From Malacoraja senta (Eukaryota): a stretch of 64,000 bases of DNA. A program made the position numbers and the translations under genes. The first letter of the stretch is position 1, and each line of letters opens with the position of its first letter. The notes under the pieces were generated by a model, which saw nothing but the letters and a program-made list of their open reading frames with translations, ran no database searches and was not told where the DNA came from. Positions 13,901 through 26,830 of this stretch are shown here, piece after piece. Location of the stretch: NCBI GenBank assembly GCA_038087875.1, contig CM075977.1, positions 35,836,001-35,900,000 on the forward strand, read 5' to 3'.

Positions 13901-15517
13901 GAGTGGGAAGTTGAGCAATAATATAATGCACTTTTAACATTATATCCTGGCTGTCAAAAGCAATCTTTAACATTTGCAAATAAACCACAAATGTAAATTT
14001 GTTCCAAGCTATAAATGCAATGCTTTAATTGCATTAATGGATTTTCAAGAATTAACTCCAACCGGTTTATACCTACAATCTCTCCAAATGCAATTAGTCT
14101 AAAGAATTGTCAAGAAGCAGAAAGCTGAGATCACAGGTTAAAAGTATTTGGGTTATTATATCTGAGAAGGAAAGGTATGTTACTTGAGTACAGCACATCA
14201 ACATTCAGTTACAATGTACAATTTATTACTAATTTACTAGAGGAGACATCAGTTTAAAAAGATAATGGCTCAGAATTTGTTACTGCCTGGCTGAGTTGAA
14301 GGAGCTAGGAGAGCAGCATCAGCCAATCAAAATCTGCCTTCAAAATTCAGTTCTCATAAGTTCAATGCACTGATTTGCAGAGGTGGAGTGCAATCTGCTG
14401 ATGCTGCTCGAACTCAACCTATTGGCAAATAATTCTCAAGCATAATTGTTTTATTGTTAAAGAGAAAATCAGTGCAAATATTTGATTTGCCTGCATTATT
14501 CATCTCAAACTCATTTCCGCATTCTGTTTTTATTTCAGATTTCAAGCATTTGCCATTTTCTTGATTTTTGTTGACAGTATTACTGTTTCGTGGCACTTTT
14601 AAGACTGTCAATGGTTAGAAAAGTTTTGACAGTAACTGTACACCATACAAGCACAGTCAATTTGAAGTATTAATGGAAGGTCATCTTGTATTCATTCTTA
14701 TTAAATGCCTTCCTGAGTTTATCTATTTAATAATTATAGCAGAAGCCAAAACTTGAAATAGAACGGACCTTTATGTTTGTTCTTGGTCAATTAAAAGTTC
14801 ATGTGACTCTATGGTGGTGCATGTAATATTTTAATAATACATTTAACTTGAGATCCTCAATTTATCGTATAGAATTTGGTATATTAGGGAGCCCAGAGTG
14901 AAAGGCAGGAATTTCAGAACTAAAGTTTTCTAATTTTGTATGAATTTTGTATAGTAAACCTCTCTTGGATATCTCTAGTTTATAAGGAGAATGTACAAAT
15001 TTGGAAAGTTTAGTTTAGGCAAATATTCTTTCAGTCGTGATGCTATAAAAATAGCAGACTTTTCTAATTAAATTGAAAACAAAGACCTTTTTTAAGGGGA
15101 AACTCCACCACCCCACTTGCTGATTTTAATGTAGCATATTTCTATATATGACAATGCAGTTCAGATAAATTCTAGTGACAAATTGGCTGACAAAAGCAGA
15201 TAGTAAGAAATATGGGGTAAACAAATGAACTGTAAAAAAGGAAAGACATTTCAGTATTCAATGTCAAACCTGGTCTCTTTATTACAATACTCAGCAACAT
15301 TTTCAATTCAATCATAAATAAAATTAAGATAAAAATTATTGTTTTTATTAATTTAAATATTCCTCTGCAATGTGAAATGTAATGTTCAGTACAAAACAAT
15401 CTATCATATTTAATTTGTTATTTTTAAATATTATTTGATAATGATGGAATCTTTGCCCTATTAAGTTCTGAAAATTAAGTATGTGTATGTTACTGTGTTG
15501 GTGTAAGGCTGTAATGT

Positions 15518-15731
15518 GGTGTGCGCGTGTCTGTGTGCGAGTATGTCTGTCTGTGTCTGTATGTGAGTGTATCTGTCTGTCTGTGAATGTGTTTGTCTGT
15601 CTGTGTCTGTGTGTGAGTGTGTATGTCTGTGTGTGAGTCTGTGTCTGTCTGTGTGTAAGTTTGTGTCGTCTGTGTGTGTGTGTGTGTGCCTGTGTGGGTA
15701 AGTCTATGTCTAAGTGTGTCTGTGTGTGTCT
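15518..15731. repeat. Compound (TG)n/(TCTG)n microsatellite
   Basis: Directly visible; it explains the spurious His/Thr-rich ORF 15490-15804. Confidence 0.95.
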
Positions 15732-15892
15732 GACACTGTATGAAGACTAGAATCTCAATGTGAAGACAAACAATAGCTGTAACATGGTCACTATTTTCAA
15801 CCATTCATCACATTTATATTTGCAGATTCATGGTTAAAAGAAAAACAGTCAATACATTCTTATCACTAATTTATACATCAAAATGATCTTAC

Positions 15893-18800
15893 CTTAAGAT
15901 TCCCTTTTGTTGTAAAAGCTCTGCCACAGATTGTGCAGCCAAAAGGCTTTTCACCAGTGTGAGTGCGCTCATGGATCTGAAGAGCACTTGCAGAAGAAAA
16001 GGTCTTCCCACAGGACGGACAGTTATGCTGCTTGGGAGTCCGACGAGGTGGTGGTGCCAGAATGGGTGTCATACCTGGACTCAGAGCTGTCTGTGGTGCA
16101 GATGGAGCCTGTATACCAACTGGAACCTGCGTGCCATCACCTAGGGAGATCGGCTTGCTGTGACCATTGACTTCCATTTTGACCACGGTTGGTGCAGTGC
16201 TGGTGACCAGGCTAGGAGTACTTTGGGTGGGACCTAGAGTGGAGTTGGGTTCAAATAACTGAGAAGGAAGTTCTTTCATCTTGTGAGTCAGTAAGTGCTG
16301 TTTTAAATTACCCATAGTGGAGCAACCACGATTGCAGATTGTGCAAAGGAATGGACGCTCTTTAGTATGGCTGCGGTAGTGAATTTCCAACGCACTTTTA
16401 CAAGCAAAAGGTTTCCCACAGATACTACAAACAGTACTTTTCAACTTACCACATTCTTGGTTGGGGAACAGCATACTAAAAGCCTCTTCTTTGATGATCG
16501 GCCGGCTCAGGTTGGTGGCTGTCAGATCAAGTGCACCTCCATTCTCCCGTTGAGTTGATGGACATTCCACTTTTTCTAGTTTCACCGGTGTTTCATGTGG
16601 CTCTTCGTGGTTGCCAAAGCCTGGTGACTTTGACCTTTGACTCCCAGCATTGCTGGGTACGGGCGATAATGCCTGAATTGAAGAAGAGCACTCAGACAGT
16701 GCAGGGCTACCAGCACTTTGACTTTCCAGATCACCCACAGCAGAGGAAGAGTCATTTGTTAAGCGATCGCTTTCCATGGATCCGTTTTCAACAGATTTCA
16801 CGTTGGATCGCTGCTGTGTGCCCAAAGCACAATCTATTATCTTCATCTGATTCTCCAGTGCGGCAATGTTGGAAATCACCGAAGGCGGTGAGTTTGGTGA
16901 TGAACCAGAGTAGCAGAACAACTGTTTTGAAGACTCCATCGTGGCAATGTTTAATTCTGCCTCCTCGTCCATTGAATTTTCATCCATCATTTCATCGTCA
17001 GGATAGTCGCTCATTAGTTCTGCATTCATTTCGTCACAAGATAAGTCTCTGTCCAGGCTATCTGAGAAATCTTCTGGCAATGGAGTGTTGGGAATCTGTC
17101 CCCCCATGTGCATGCGGATATGCTGCTGTAAGACTACAGCATTTGTGAATTTCTTCTGGCAAATGGGACAAGAATGCTGTACTCGAAGTGGTGGCTTTGC
17201 ACGGTGAACTCCGAAGTGTGTCTTTAAGTTCCCCTTGGTGGTAAAAGCTCGTCCACAGATCTTACACTTAAATGGCCTCTCGCCTGTGTGTGTGCGGTAA
17301 TGCATTTTCAGAGCACTCTGACAACTGAGTACACGGTGACAGATAACGCACTGGTTGGGGTCTGTCATCTTTTTGTCTATGTTCTCCACCAACTGTTGCA
17401 GTTTTGAGGTCTCAGATGTTTGCATAGAATCCAGCAGACCGCCAAAGGGAAACTTTGCCTTGAACTGATCAGATATGATGGGGAGCAGAGGACTGGGAAG
17501 GGTTGTGGGAACGCTGTTCACTTCACTTTCTCCACATGTAGAAAAGGTGGTGGAGCACGCAGCTGAGGAAATGGACTGCGCGGATGCACAGCCTTCTACC
17601 ACCTTGAAACCTGAAGCTGATGCATTTGAACCTTGAACCATGGAAACAATAGTACTGCCAGTAACTGATTGTGGAGACTCTGCGGTCATTGGAATGCTAG
17701 AATCATTCTTGTTCATGTTTGGTGACAAAGAAGCACATTCGCTGGATGGAGGTGATGGTCTTTGGGGTGACCTGCTTAAAGGAGTCACTGTTGGGGACTC
17801 ACTTGTAATACTTGATAGAGTTGGAGGCAACTGTAATCCAACTGATGTTGGTATGGTTGACAGCACAGGTTTGGTGTCCAGCCAGGTTGTCACTGGCTTT
17901 TCAGGTGGCAAGGACATCCCGTATGGAATACCACTGCTAGTGGGTACATTATCCAGGTATTCAGGTACTGGATATGGATTCATCTGGATGTGAGGGTATT
18001 TTTCTTTATGCCTCTGGAAGTGTACTTTGAGATTACCTTTGGTGGAAAACCGATTTCCACAAATATTACACTTGAATGGTCTCTCCCCAGTGTGAGAACG
18101 AAGGTGAATCTGTAATGCACTGTCACTCCCGAAGACCTTAGCACAAAACCTACACTTATGCTTGAAAAATGGATCTTCTGAACTTATTTTAGGGTCAAAC
18201 ACAGACACATTGGGTGGTTTCCCTTTGCGATGCTTCATAAGGGCAGCCAGTGGGTCCAGGGCATTGGTTGTGGCAGCAATGCTGACCAAGGGGTTTGGGA
18301 ATATCACACCACTTGAGGAATTCTGAGGTAGCAGTGGATTAGGCATGCTGGAAGATGGACTGAGGAGACTACCGTGTGCAAGAGATGACGTTGAATACTG
18401 CAACTGGGAGGAAGAGTTATCTGTGTTTGCACTGGAACTTGGAGTCAGGGAAGATGCAATTCCACTTGTGCATGGAGGCAAAGTGGACTCCAATCGCGGT
18501 GATCCACCACTGGGTAGAACAGGCGTACTAGCCCCCGAGGTGGGCTGAATGATTTTCTGGGAGCCATCGAAAGCTGAAGTGTGGACATTGGGCGCCTGCA
18601 CTGTGCCCGAGGCTGAAATGACGCCTGACAAGGGGTTAGAAGAATGGTCACTGAAGGAGGCGTGCTGGCTAGCAGCAGATACTGGTGTAACCTGGGAGGA
18701 TGCAGAAGGGTTTAGAGGGTGCATTGTCTGCGGGTTCATCATCGCTACCTGGTTCCGGATTTGTTCAATGAGTTGAAGCTGGTGCAGCTGCTGCTGCTGC

Positions 18801-19374
18801 AGAGCCACTAACTGCTCTAGAATCATAGGAATAGCCATGGTGGGTATTGTATGTATTGAAGTGGGGCTGTTAGACCGGGTGTCCTGTGAAAACTGTGCCA
18901 CTGCCACCTTGGTGCTCTGCAAAGTCTCTAAAGTCACGTTAGTGTTTGGCATGATATAACTGGTCATGGAAGATGATTCGGAGATCTGAGGTAGCAAAGT
19001 AGCAGTGCCAGTGGCTCCTTGATTCTGGTAACCTTTGTCAGTGGATGCGTCCACCTCCATCGGCTCCTCTTGCTCGGTACTCTTTACCTCAGAGCAGTCA
19101 TTCCCCTCTAACGGAGCATTGTCCTCACCAGCTTCGCTCTCCACTTGGTCGCTCGGGCTGCTGGCAGGGGAAGCCTCGGGCAAATCCTCTGAGCGCGCTG
19201 CCTCCTCGTCGTTGACGATTAAGACGAGCGGGTTCTTCGTGCAGTTCTTCTGATGCTCCATGAAGTCAGACCACTTGAAGAATTCTGCACAGCATTTCTC
19301 GCAGATGTGCGTTTCTTCACTTCCACTTCTACTTTCATTCCCACTATCAGCATCATCCGGTCCTTCCCTTGGGA
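15893..19374 (-). CDS. SALL3: SALL3 coding exon 2 (C2HC finger, Q-rich region, ZFC1-ZFC3, most of ZFC4)
   Basis: Acceptor ctttcatttccttgtag|TC in phase 1. The open frame contains [10 protein letters not shown]...[16 protein letters not shown] and C2H2 clusters with SAL boxes [16 protein letters not shown]. Donor AAG|GTAAGA at 15892. Confidence 0.96.
16234..16449 (-). other. In-frame exitron (216 nt) inside exon 2 spanning ZFC3
   Basis: Donor TG|GTAAGT at 16449, acceptor ccaactccactctag|GT ending at 16234. Length is 72 codons and the junction regenerates GGT (Gly). Confidence 0.75.
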
Positions 19375-21119
19375 CTACAAGGAAATGAAAGGGACACATC
19401 AAGCAATGACTTACCGGACGACCCCTCCCTCCAATTTCAAGTTTTTGCACATAACTAAAATCAATATTTTTTTATTTTGTACAAATTACCTCACTTCAAT
19501 ACATCTCAGGTCCCTCTGTGCGTATTCTATCACTCCTTCTGCCTAGCTAATCATTTTCTTTGCACAATCCATCAAATTATGAAACCCTATCAATTGTGGA
19601 TACCGCTGCTTAATGAAATTCCATAGAAGTTATTGATTTCCAATATTTTCATACAATTCACAGCTGCCTTGTCTGTTGCGTACAAATCAAGCCTTTGATG
19701 GACTCATTAGGCTTCCCCTTTGCCATCAGGTTTCCTCATTTCCAACAGAATTAGAGAAGTCTTTGTCAGTTCACTTGACATGACCAAACTAATCTGTAAC
19801 CTTTCTGGCTCAAATCAGTACCTGACAGGACAAACTGGTCCTCTGTTACTCAAATGTGGCGTTGGTCTGACCAGATTTATTATCTTTATACAGCATCAAG
19901 GCAGTATAGATTTAATGCTAGTCTATATATTGTCTTAAATCAATGACCGTATCTTTAGTTGCTTCAGAAACCTGGAGAGCAATGCACCCTGAAGCATTAA
20001 CGAGGGCGCTGTACCTTTCAGAGCTCTGTGGAATTTAGCTAAATTAATTATTTCCTGTGCTACTTGTAAAAAAAACCCAAAGACTGTGCTGTATCTATTA
20101 AAAGTTGTTGATAGAGACCCAATCCATTTAAACTTTGAATAACAGAAGGCCATATTATGTGAGGTAATTTCTTCACTGAACAAAACTGAAACCATCACTG
20201 TTGTGAAAAGAGCCAGAATTTAGACTTATTTTGGCTGCAAAATATTTTTATGATCCTCAATGAGACCTTCATATATATTTATACACTGCCTTCAGTCTTT
20301 TATACCCTTGCATTCCAATAAAGTGCCTTAAAACACTGTTAGTCAACTTTCAAGGCAGTTTGATACCTGTAGTATTTTTTACAAGAGAATTCTCGAACAT
20401 CGACTTATCTGTGCTCAAGTAATGTCTTGGTGATTGCTTGTGCCAGGAAAAGGAAAATTACAAATTGGTTGCACGTGCTTAATTGACACTGTATGTGGTC
20501 ACTTCTCTGGACTGATCCTGCTACCACGTGCTAAACAATGCATGAATTTTAAGAAATAGAATTCTAATGGGCACCTGATCAACTAATCAGATTTATAAGC
20601 CAAGAAAACATTTACTTTTGTTTACTATCACAATATTAGTAGGTACCATTGTGCCAATTGAGGTTATTTATCATTTTATCCACATTCAACTATTCTGCAA
20701 TATTAGTTGGCTATTCAACATGTGTAAAGTAAAAGCAAATGTAAACCTGTCAGTGTTTTGCTGCATTTTGTACAAGGAAAGGTTTTCCTTCAGCTGTCCG
20801 GTTGGTGAGGGCAGTGTAGTGCCATTGTAATTATGGGGTTAGCTCACCGGTGGTGTAGTGTGTATTTGCTTTTCTCTTTTGCCAGTAGGCTGCTTGATCG
20901 GCAATGGGTAATGCTACTTGGCTTGCTTGATGATGGAGAGACTTGATATAACGTTCCCATCTTGTGCACAGGAATTAGTCCCTGCAGCCAGATCTGGTCC
21001 AATGGTGCACAAGGTGATCTCAGCCAGGGCCACTCCCAAAGTTTTGTTCTCTGCACCAAATATTGCCTTGGTGTAGTTTTTGCTCAGTTAAAATAATTCT
21101 TGCCATTCTGTTGGAAGCA

Positions 21120-21478
21120 TTTGGGTTTAAGTCCCAGGGCTGTGACTAGAGCACATAATTTTGGTACTGGGTCAGAGCTCCACGGTTTTTGGAGCACTCT
21201 TTAAGCTGAAAAATTAAAGCAAGGCTTCCTGTGCTCTCATATGGAGATAAAAGACCCCACAATAATGCTTTGAAGAAGAACAGTGGAGTTATCCACAGTG
21301 ATAATGGCAAGTCTTTATCACTCACCCAGTAGAGTACCTAGTCGGAAACACTTGGCTTTTCATGTGGCCAATCTATCTGCTGTCATTTTCTCCATGATAA
21401 CAATGGCTACATATCAAAATTGCTCCATTGGGCTCTCGCACTTTCTGAAAACAACATGAAAGATGCTATTTAAGTTGA
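21120..21478 (+). mobile_element. Deu-domain SINE (SacSINE1/AmnSINE-like), old
   Basis: gggtttaagtccc (B-box-like), gataaaagacccca..tttgaagaagaacag.ggagtt, tail gaaagatgctat.taa, resembling the shark DeuSINE consensus as I recall it. Confidence 0.6.
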
Positions 21479-21799
21479 GGTTTAAAAAAAAATTAAATAT
21501 TAATATGTTTGCCTTAGGAGGTGGTGCAGTGAAGATTCACTAGATTAATTGATTGATAATTGCTTGCAACTATATCATGTATTTTCCTTCAATTGTAAAA
21601 CATTGCTTATTGCCAGAGGCAATGAAACAGCCCCTTTGACCCATCAAGTTTGTATTGATCTTCAAGCAACCATTTACATTAATCCTATTTTATTTTCCCC
21701 ACATTTACACCAACTTCCTCCAGATTCTACCATGCCCATGAGACACAATGATAGTTGCCAATTAACCTACTTGCTCGAAGGACTGTCTTGCGAGTGAGA

Positions 21800-22160
21800 T
21801 TGGCCCAAACCCTCTAGAGTGTTAGGGAAGGAGAAGTGATCGCATAAAAATGTATAAGATTCTGTGAGTGATTGGCAGGGAAGGTGCTAAATTGTTGTGG
21901 CTGGAGTATCAAGTCTTCGAGAGCATGGTCCCAGGAACATCAGGCAGCATTGAGAACCAAGATGATGAGAAATTTATTTAATCAGAAGGATAGGAATTTG
22001 TAAATTCATCATCTGTGAGGGTGACTGTTGAATGTATTCAAAGTGAAAGTTCTGGTCACTTAAATTATCAAGACAGTGCAGATATGTAGAAAGTGAGTTA
22101 GAATTTTACTGAATGCGAACAGACTGGGCAAATCTATGGCCTATTCCTGCTCATGTTTCT
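21800..22160 (+). mobile_element. Degenerate CR1 3' fragment
   Basis: Eroded CR1 3' phrases ending in tggcctattcctgctc. Confidence 0.5.
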
Positions 22161-22239
22161 TCAATTTCAGGAAACACTGATTCATCTGCCTCCTGTCTTG
22201 GTACCTCAATGTTAAACAAATGAGAAACAAGAACTTTTT

Positions 22240-22645
22240 TAGACTACGGGTGGTGGAATCTGTAGCAAAAAAAAAGGCGAGCAGCTGGAGAAACTCAGTG
22301 GGTCAGGCAGCCTGTGTGGAGGAAAGGACAGCACCCTTCATCTAGACTGACAGGGTAGAGGGAGAATAGCCAGTATAAAGAGGTAGGGGAAGCGGTGGGA
22401 GAAGAGCTAGCATGGGATAGAAGGATACAGATGAGGGTTGGTCAGGTGGAGGAAGTGACAGAGGTGGGGGGGGGGGGGAATAAGCAGAGAACAAAAGGCT
22501 ATAGAATCTGGAACCTGATTGAAAAGGAAGATGAAGAATGGAACTGAATGAGGGGTGGTGGCAGATGGAAGCAAGAGAGAGAGGCGAGGGGTGAGCAGTG
22601 GAGGGATGGGAAGGGATCCAGTGGGTGGAGGGAGTGGGAGGGGCG
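22240..22645 (-). mobile_element. Penelope-like element 3'/pLTR remnant
   Basis: ctggagaaactcagtgggtcaggcagc is the reverse complement of the tail at 46295-46330; followed by a purine-rich tract and a broken hammerhead core. Confidence 0.6.
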
Positions 22646-22724
22646 GAAATTTTGCTTTATTCATCAAATGCTGACTCAACGGGCCTAGCCAGCTGAGTCA
22701 GCATTTAATCGCCCATCCCCTAAT

Positions 22725-23125
22725 TAGACAATAGACAATAGGTGCAGGAGTAGGCCATTCGGCCCATTCGGCCCTTCGAGCCAGCATTCAATGTGATCAT
22801 GGCTGATCATCCCCAGTCAGTACCTCGTTCCTGCCTTCCCCCCATATCCCCTGACTCCGCTATTTTTAAGCCCTATCTAGCTGTCTCTTGAAAGCATCCA
22901 GAGAACCTGCCTCCACCGCCCTCTGAGGCAGAGAATTCCACAGACTCACCACTCTCTGTGAGAAAAAGTGTTTCCTCGTCTCCGTTCTAAATGGCTTACT
23001 CCTTATTCTTAAACTGTGGCCCCTGGTTCTGGTCTCCCCCAACATCGGGAACATGTTTCCTGCCTCTAGCGTGTCCAAGCCCATAACAATCTTATATGTT
23101 TCATATGTTTCAATGAGATCCCTTG
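22725..23125 (-). mobile_element. Young CR1 3' end inserted in an older LINE fragment (about 22655-23300)
   Basis: agacaatagacaataggtgcaggagtaggccattcggccc tail; ORF ..TRGHSLRIRSKPFRTETRKHFFSQRVVSLWNSLP; the host sequence resumes after the insert. Confidence 0.9.
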
Positions 23126-24109
23126 AGATTGTCCTTGAGAAGGTTGTGGTGAGCTGACATCTTGAATCAGTGCAGTGCTTGAGGTGTCAGTACACTCACG
23201 ATGCTGTTAGGGAGGGCAACTTCCAGGCGATGGTGTTTCAAAGCTTAGTGCCCTGGTCCTTCTAGCTGTGTTGGGGAGTGGGGAATAAAGGAAATCAATC
23301 AAGGTTGCTGTTCCTTGCCACCCAGCCTGTCTTGTTCGATTGTGTGCGTGTGGGTACGGTGCTTTTCCACATTGAACAAATGATGACCCTCTACATGCCA
23401 AGCAGAATCGAAGCCTCGCGGTGTCCCTGCAGGGATGCGATATCAGATTAATGAAACTGCTGTCACGTTGTCATGACTCCACCTCACAGCAGCCAGCAGT
23501 AAAGACCATTAGCCAAGGTCTGGGAACCGGCTATGAGCTAGTCCTCCTGGTAAGAAGCTCATAAAATCCACTGGGACCATCACTATAAAGGAGAGAGCAC
23601 CGAGGCAGCGTGTCCTTCATGGGTGATCAATATGTACAAAAATTGAAAGATCTCTGCAAAGCTAATGACTAACTGGACTATAGTCAGCACACAATCCACG
23701 GATAACACTGTGCAGATAACTGTATGCATTTTGATGAGCCCGTGCATGTTTCTAGGAGAGTTTCAGATTTAGCAATAGATTTGCTTTTTACTTAAACATG
23801 TCACAATGGCCATAATTGAAAATCTGTTCACTGTGATGTTTTGTGGTGTAAATTCAAGTCTCCTTTTAAGAATGACTTAATACAAAACTGCTATTCACAG
23901 TTTTATCCTTCAGTATTTTTTAACCTAGCTGCACTGAATCAGAGCTTCGTGATCTCCCTCTGGGGAAGGGATATCAGAAGTCGTTGTTTTTGATATCTGG
24001 CACATGCAATTTTAAGGAAACACATTTTGATGGCTGAGAGGCCACAATACTGGTTGATGTCACAAATGCATTTATTAAATATATTGACAAAAGACTGCTC
24101 ATGTTGATT

Positions 24110-24835
24110 ATTGATGCTATACCACGGAAACAGGCCCTTTGGACTGCACATCCATGCCGACTAACATGCCCATCTGAACTAATCCCATTTGCCCGCACCT
24201 GGCCCATATCCCTCTAAACCTTTCTGATCCATGCTCCTGTACATGCCTTAACCACTTTGTCTGGCCACTTATTCCATAGACATACCACCCGCTGCCTGAA
24301 GAATTTTCCCCTCGGGTCCCGTTTAAATCTTTCCCCTTAAACCTATGCCCTCTAGTTCTTTATTCCCCTTCCCTGGGGAAGAAAGCTGTGTGCATTCACC
24401 TTATCTATGATACTCATGATTTTGTGCACTGCCATACAATCACCTCCTCAGTCCCTTGTCCCTCAGGGAATAAAGCCCTAGCCTGACCACATTTTCCCTA
24501 TAACTCAGGTCTTTGAGTCTCGGCAACGATCTCGTAAATTTTCTCTGCACTCTTTACAGTTTTCCGATGCCTGTTTCTGCAACATGTTAACCAAAACTGT
24601 GCACAATACTTTAAGTGTGGCTTCACCAACATCTTGTATATCTACAACATACCATCCCAACTCCTGTACTCAATGCCCTAACCCAAGGCCTACTGCCAAA
24701 TGCTTCTTCAAAACACTGTCTACTTGTGACACTACTTTAATGAACTATGCATTTGTACTCCTAGCTTCCTCTTCCTCTGGTACCGATCGCACACTGTAAA
24801 GATCTTTCTCCAGCTTGACTTTTTAAAAATGCAAC
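24110..24835 (-). mobile_element. CR1 LINE 3' fragment
   Basis: ggaaacaggccctt.., tttaaatctttcccc..ttaaacctatgccctctagtt, accaaaactgtgcacaatact. Confidence 0.8.
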
Positions 24836-25513
24836 ACCACTTCCCAAATATAACATAACATGTGAATTAATGTTGTTTTAATGCACAATTTTTGTGCAAA
24901 ATAATACACGGGCATTTGTTTGTCTTCAGTTGTATGAATAAAATGCACATTGCTGGCGATGAACTCTGCTTCTGAATATTACTTTCACTGAAGTCACTGC
25001 AACTGTATTTCAGAGTACGTTCAACACAAAGCTAAAATGTGCAATGTGCATGTAAGAGAGGACGAATTTCTACATTAGTCACCTTCAGGCTAACATATTG
25101 GTTTTCAAGCTTGAAAAGATGACAAGATGGTTTTCTGAAAGGTAAGCAGCTCTGTATTTCTAACGAAGAGTTAAAAGTATAGTACCATGCCTATGTGCAC
25201 CAGAAATGGCAGAGACAAAGTTCAGTGACTAATAATCAAGAAGGTAATCAAAGATTAGTTTTGTTACTGAGTAATCTAAAATGAGAAAATAATAAATGGA
25301 AAGACTAAACCAAGGTTTCTTCTGCTCTGACATGTATGTTCAGCCTTATTCAAAGAAAAATTGAAAGCATGCTAATTATTGTATCCATTAATGCCTTTAG
25401 ACAGATTACCTGACCCTAATCTCACCGTTAGATAAGGGGTGGCCCGTTTCCAAATCAGATGCTGCTCCTTGCTGCATTACAATGATAACCATGGTTTGAA
25501 AGTAGGTTGGAGT

Positions 25514-25832
25514 TGGTATGGTCGTGCAACTGGTTGGGCTGCAGCCTCACAGCTCCAATGACCTGGGACCAATATAATCTTTCGTTGTTGTCTGTGTGGA
25601 GTTTGCATGTCCTCCCTGTGCTAATGTGGATGTCTTTCCTTCCAAATCCTAAAGATTTGCTGGTTTATAGGTTAATTGGTATAGGTATATTGTCTCTGGT
25701 GAAGATGGGCAGTTGATTTGTAGGGAGAATAGTTTACAGGAAAAATTAGTGGGGGCATGTGATTACTTAGGGAGCCTGCAGCACATTCCCATTCCCATCC
25801 CGGCTGGGCAGAATGTCCTCCTTCAGTGGTAA
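25514..25832 (+). mobile_element. Old V-SINE (HE1-like)
   Basis: V domain tgtgtggagtttgcatgtcctccctgtg, followed by aggttaattgg. Confidence 0.65.
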
Positions 25833-26589
25833 GGAAACATGGGAACTGTTTATGGATACCCGGATTGTGAAAGAATTCACGGAAGTGCGAGTCTTTATTT
25901 TTCAAAAAACATTAACTCAGAACAATTAAAATATTTTGAGAAATTATAGGATAGAGCATTTGGTAATAAGCATAATATTGCTTTACCAGGAAACAATATT
26001 ACATTATTTTCAACCAATACTTCTTTAATAAGGTTTCAGTTAATAAAATCTCTTACTGAATGTTTTCAAATTCACCCTTATCTTCTGCTGAAAGAAAGCA
26101 CTTTGCTGCTTTATTTAATTCATCAGGAAAGAGCTCCGTCTCTCTGTTGAACAGTGACATACAAAATAAAAGGCAATCGGAAGAGAGTTTCCACGCTGTA
26201 AACCAACTGAGAGATTCAGATGAGGTCAAATGGTTTTGAAACCCTTTTTGGAACCTTGAAATTGCATAACTACAATTCTCTCCTTGGTATATAGAATTTA
26301 CCAGAGTTGATAAAACAAAAATTATTAAAATGCATTGCTAAATACCTTCAGCGGCATTACATTTCGTTGCAACCATGTTGCAAAATAAATGTCAAGTGCA
26401 GAATTCAAGGATCAGGTGGATAAATGTTGTGCCAGATATTATAACACCTAAATTGGTGAAATGTGCCAACATATGAGCGGTTACTTTCGTCTGATAAAAT
26501 CCTCAAGCACAAAGATGGCAATGTGGTCCATCTTGCCTGTGCCAGGTCACTGAAACATCGATACAATTATTCCTACTCTCACCCTTCAT

Positions 26590-26830
26590 GGAATCATATA
26601 GCAGAGAAACAGGGCCTACAGTCCACCATGTCCATGTTGACCATCATGTACTCACTAAACTGATCTCAGCAGTGCATTCGAGATTCCAACCACTTATTGG
26701 ATGAAAGAAAATCATTTACAGATCTCTTCTAAACTTTTTATCCCTTAACATAAACTTCTAATCTCTTTACTTTAGACACCCAAGCTGTGGAAAAAAGCGT
26801 CCCAATCTTTACCTTATCCCAGTCCCTCAT
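26590..26830 (-). mobile_element. Degenerate CR1 3' fragment
   Basis: agaaacagggcc..cccaccatgtccatg.., agattccaaccact, cttctaaacttt. Confidence 0.55.

Noticed and set aside
15490-15804. His/Thr-rich ORF
   Set aside because: Translation of a microsatellite.
19375-19414. GTAAGT donor just upstream of the exon 2 acceptor
   Set aside because: It would define a 40-nt intron, too short for vertebrate splicing.
19375-19450. N-terminal extension of the 1190-aa ORF (MQKLEIGG...)
   Set aside because: It is read-through into intron 1 from a non-ATG start; a good acceptor at 19375 joins exon 1 in the correct phase.
15931-19546. Plus-strand ORFs, including a 205-aa one
   Set aside because: Antisense shadows of SALL3 exon 2 with no independent protein features.
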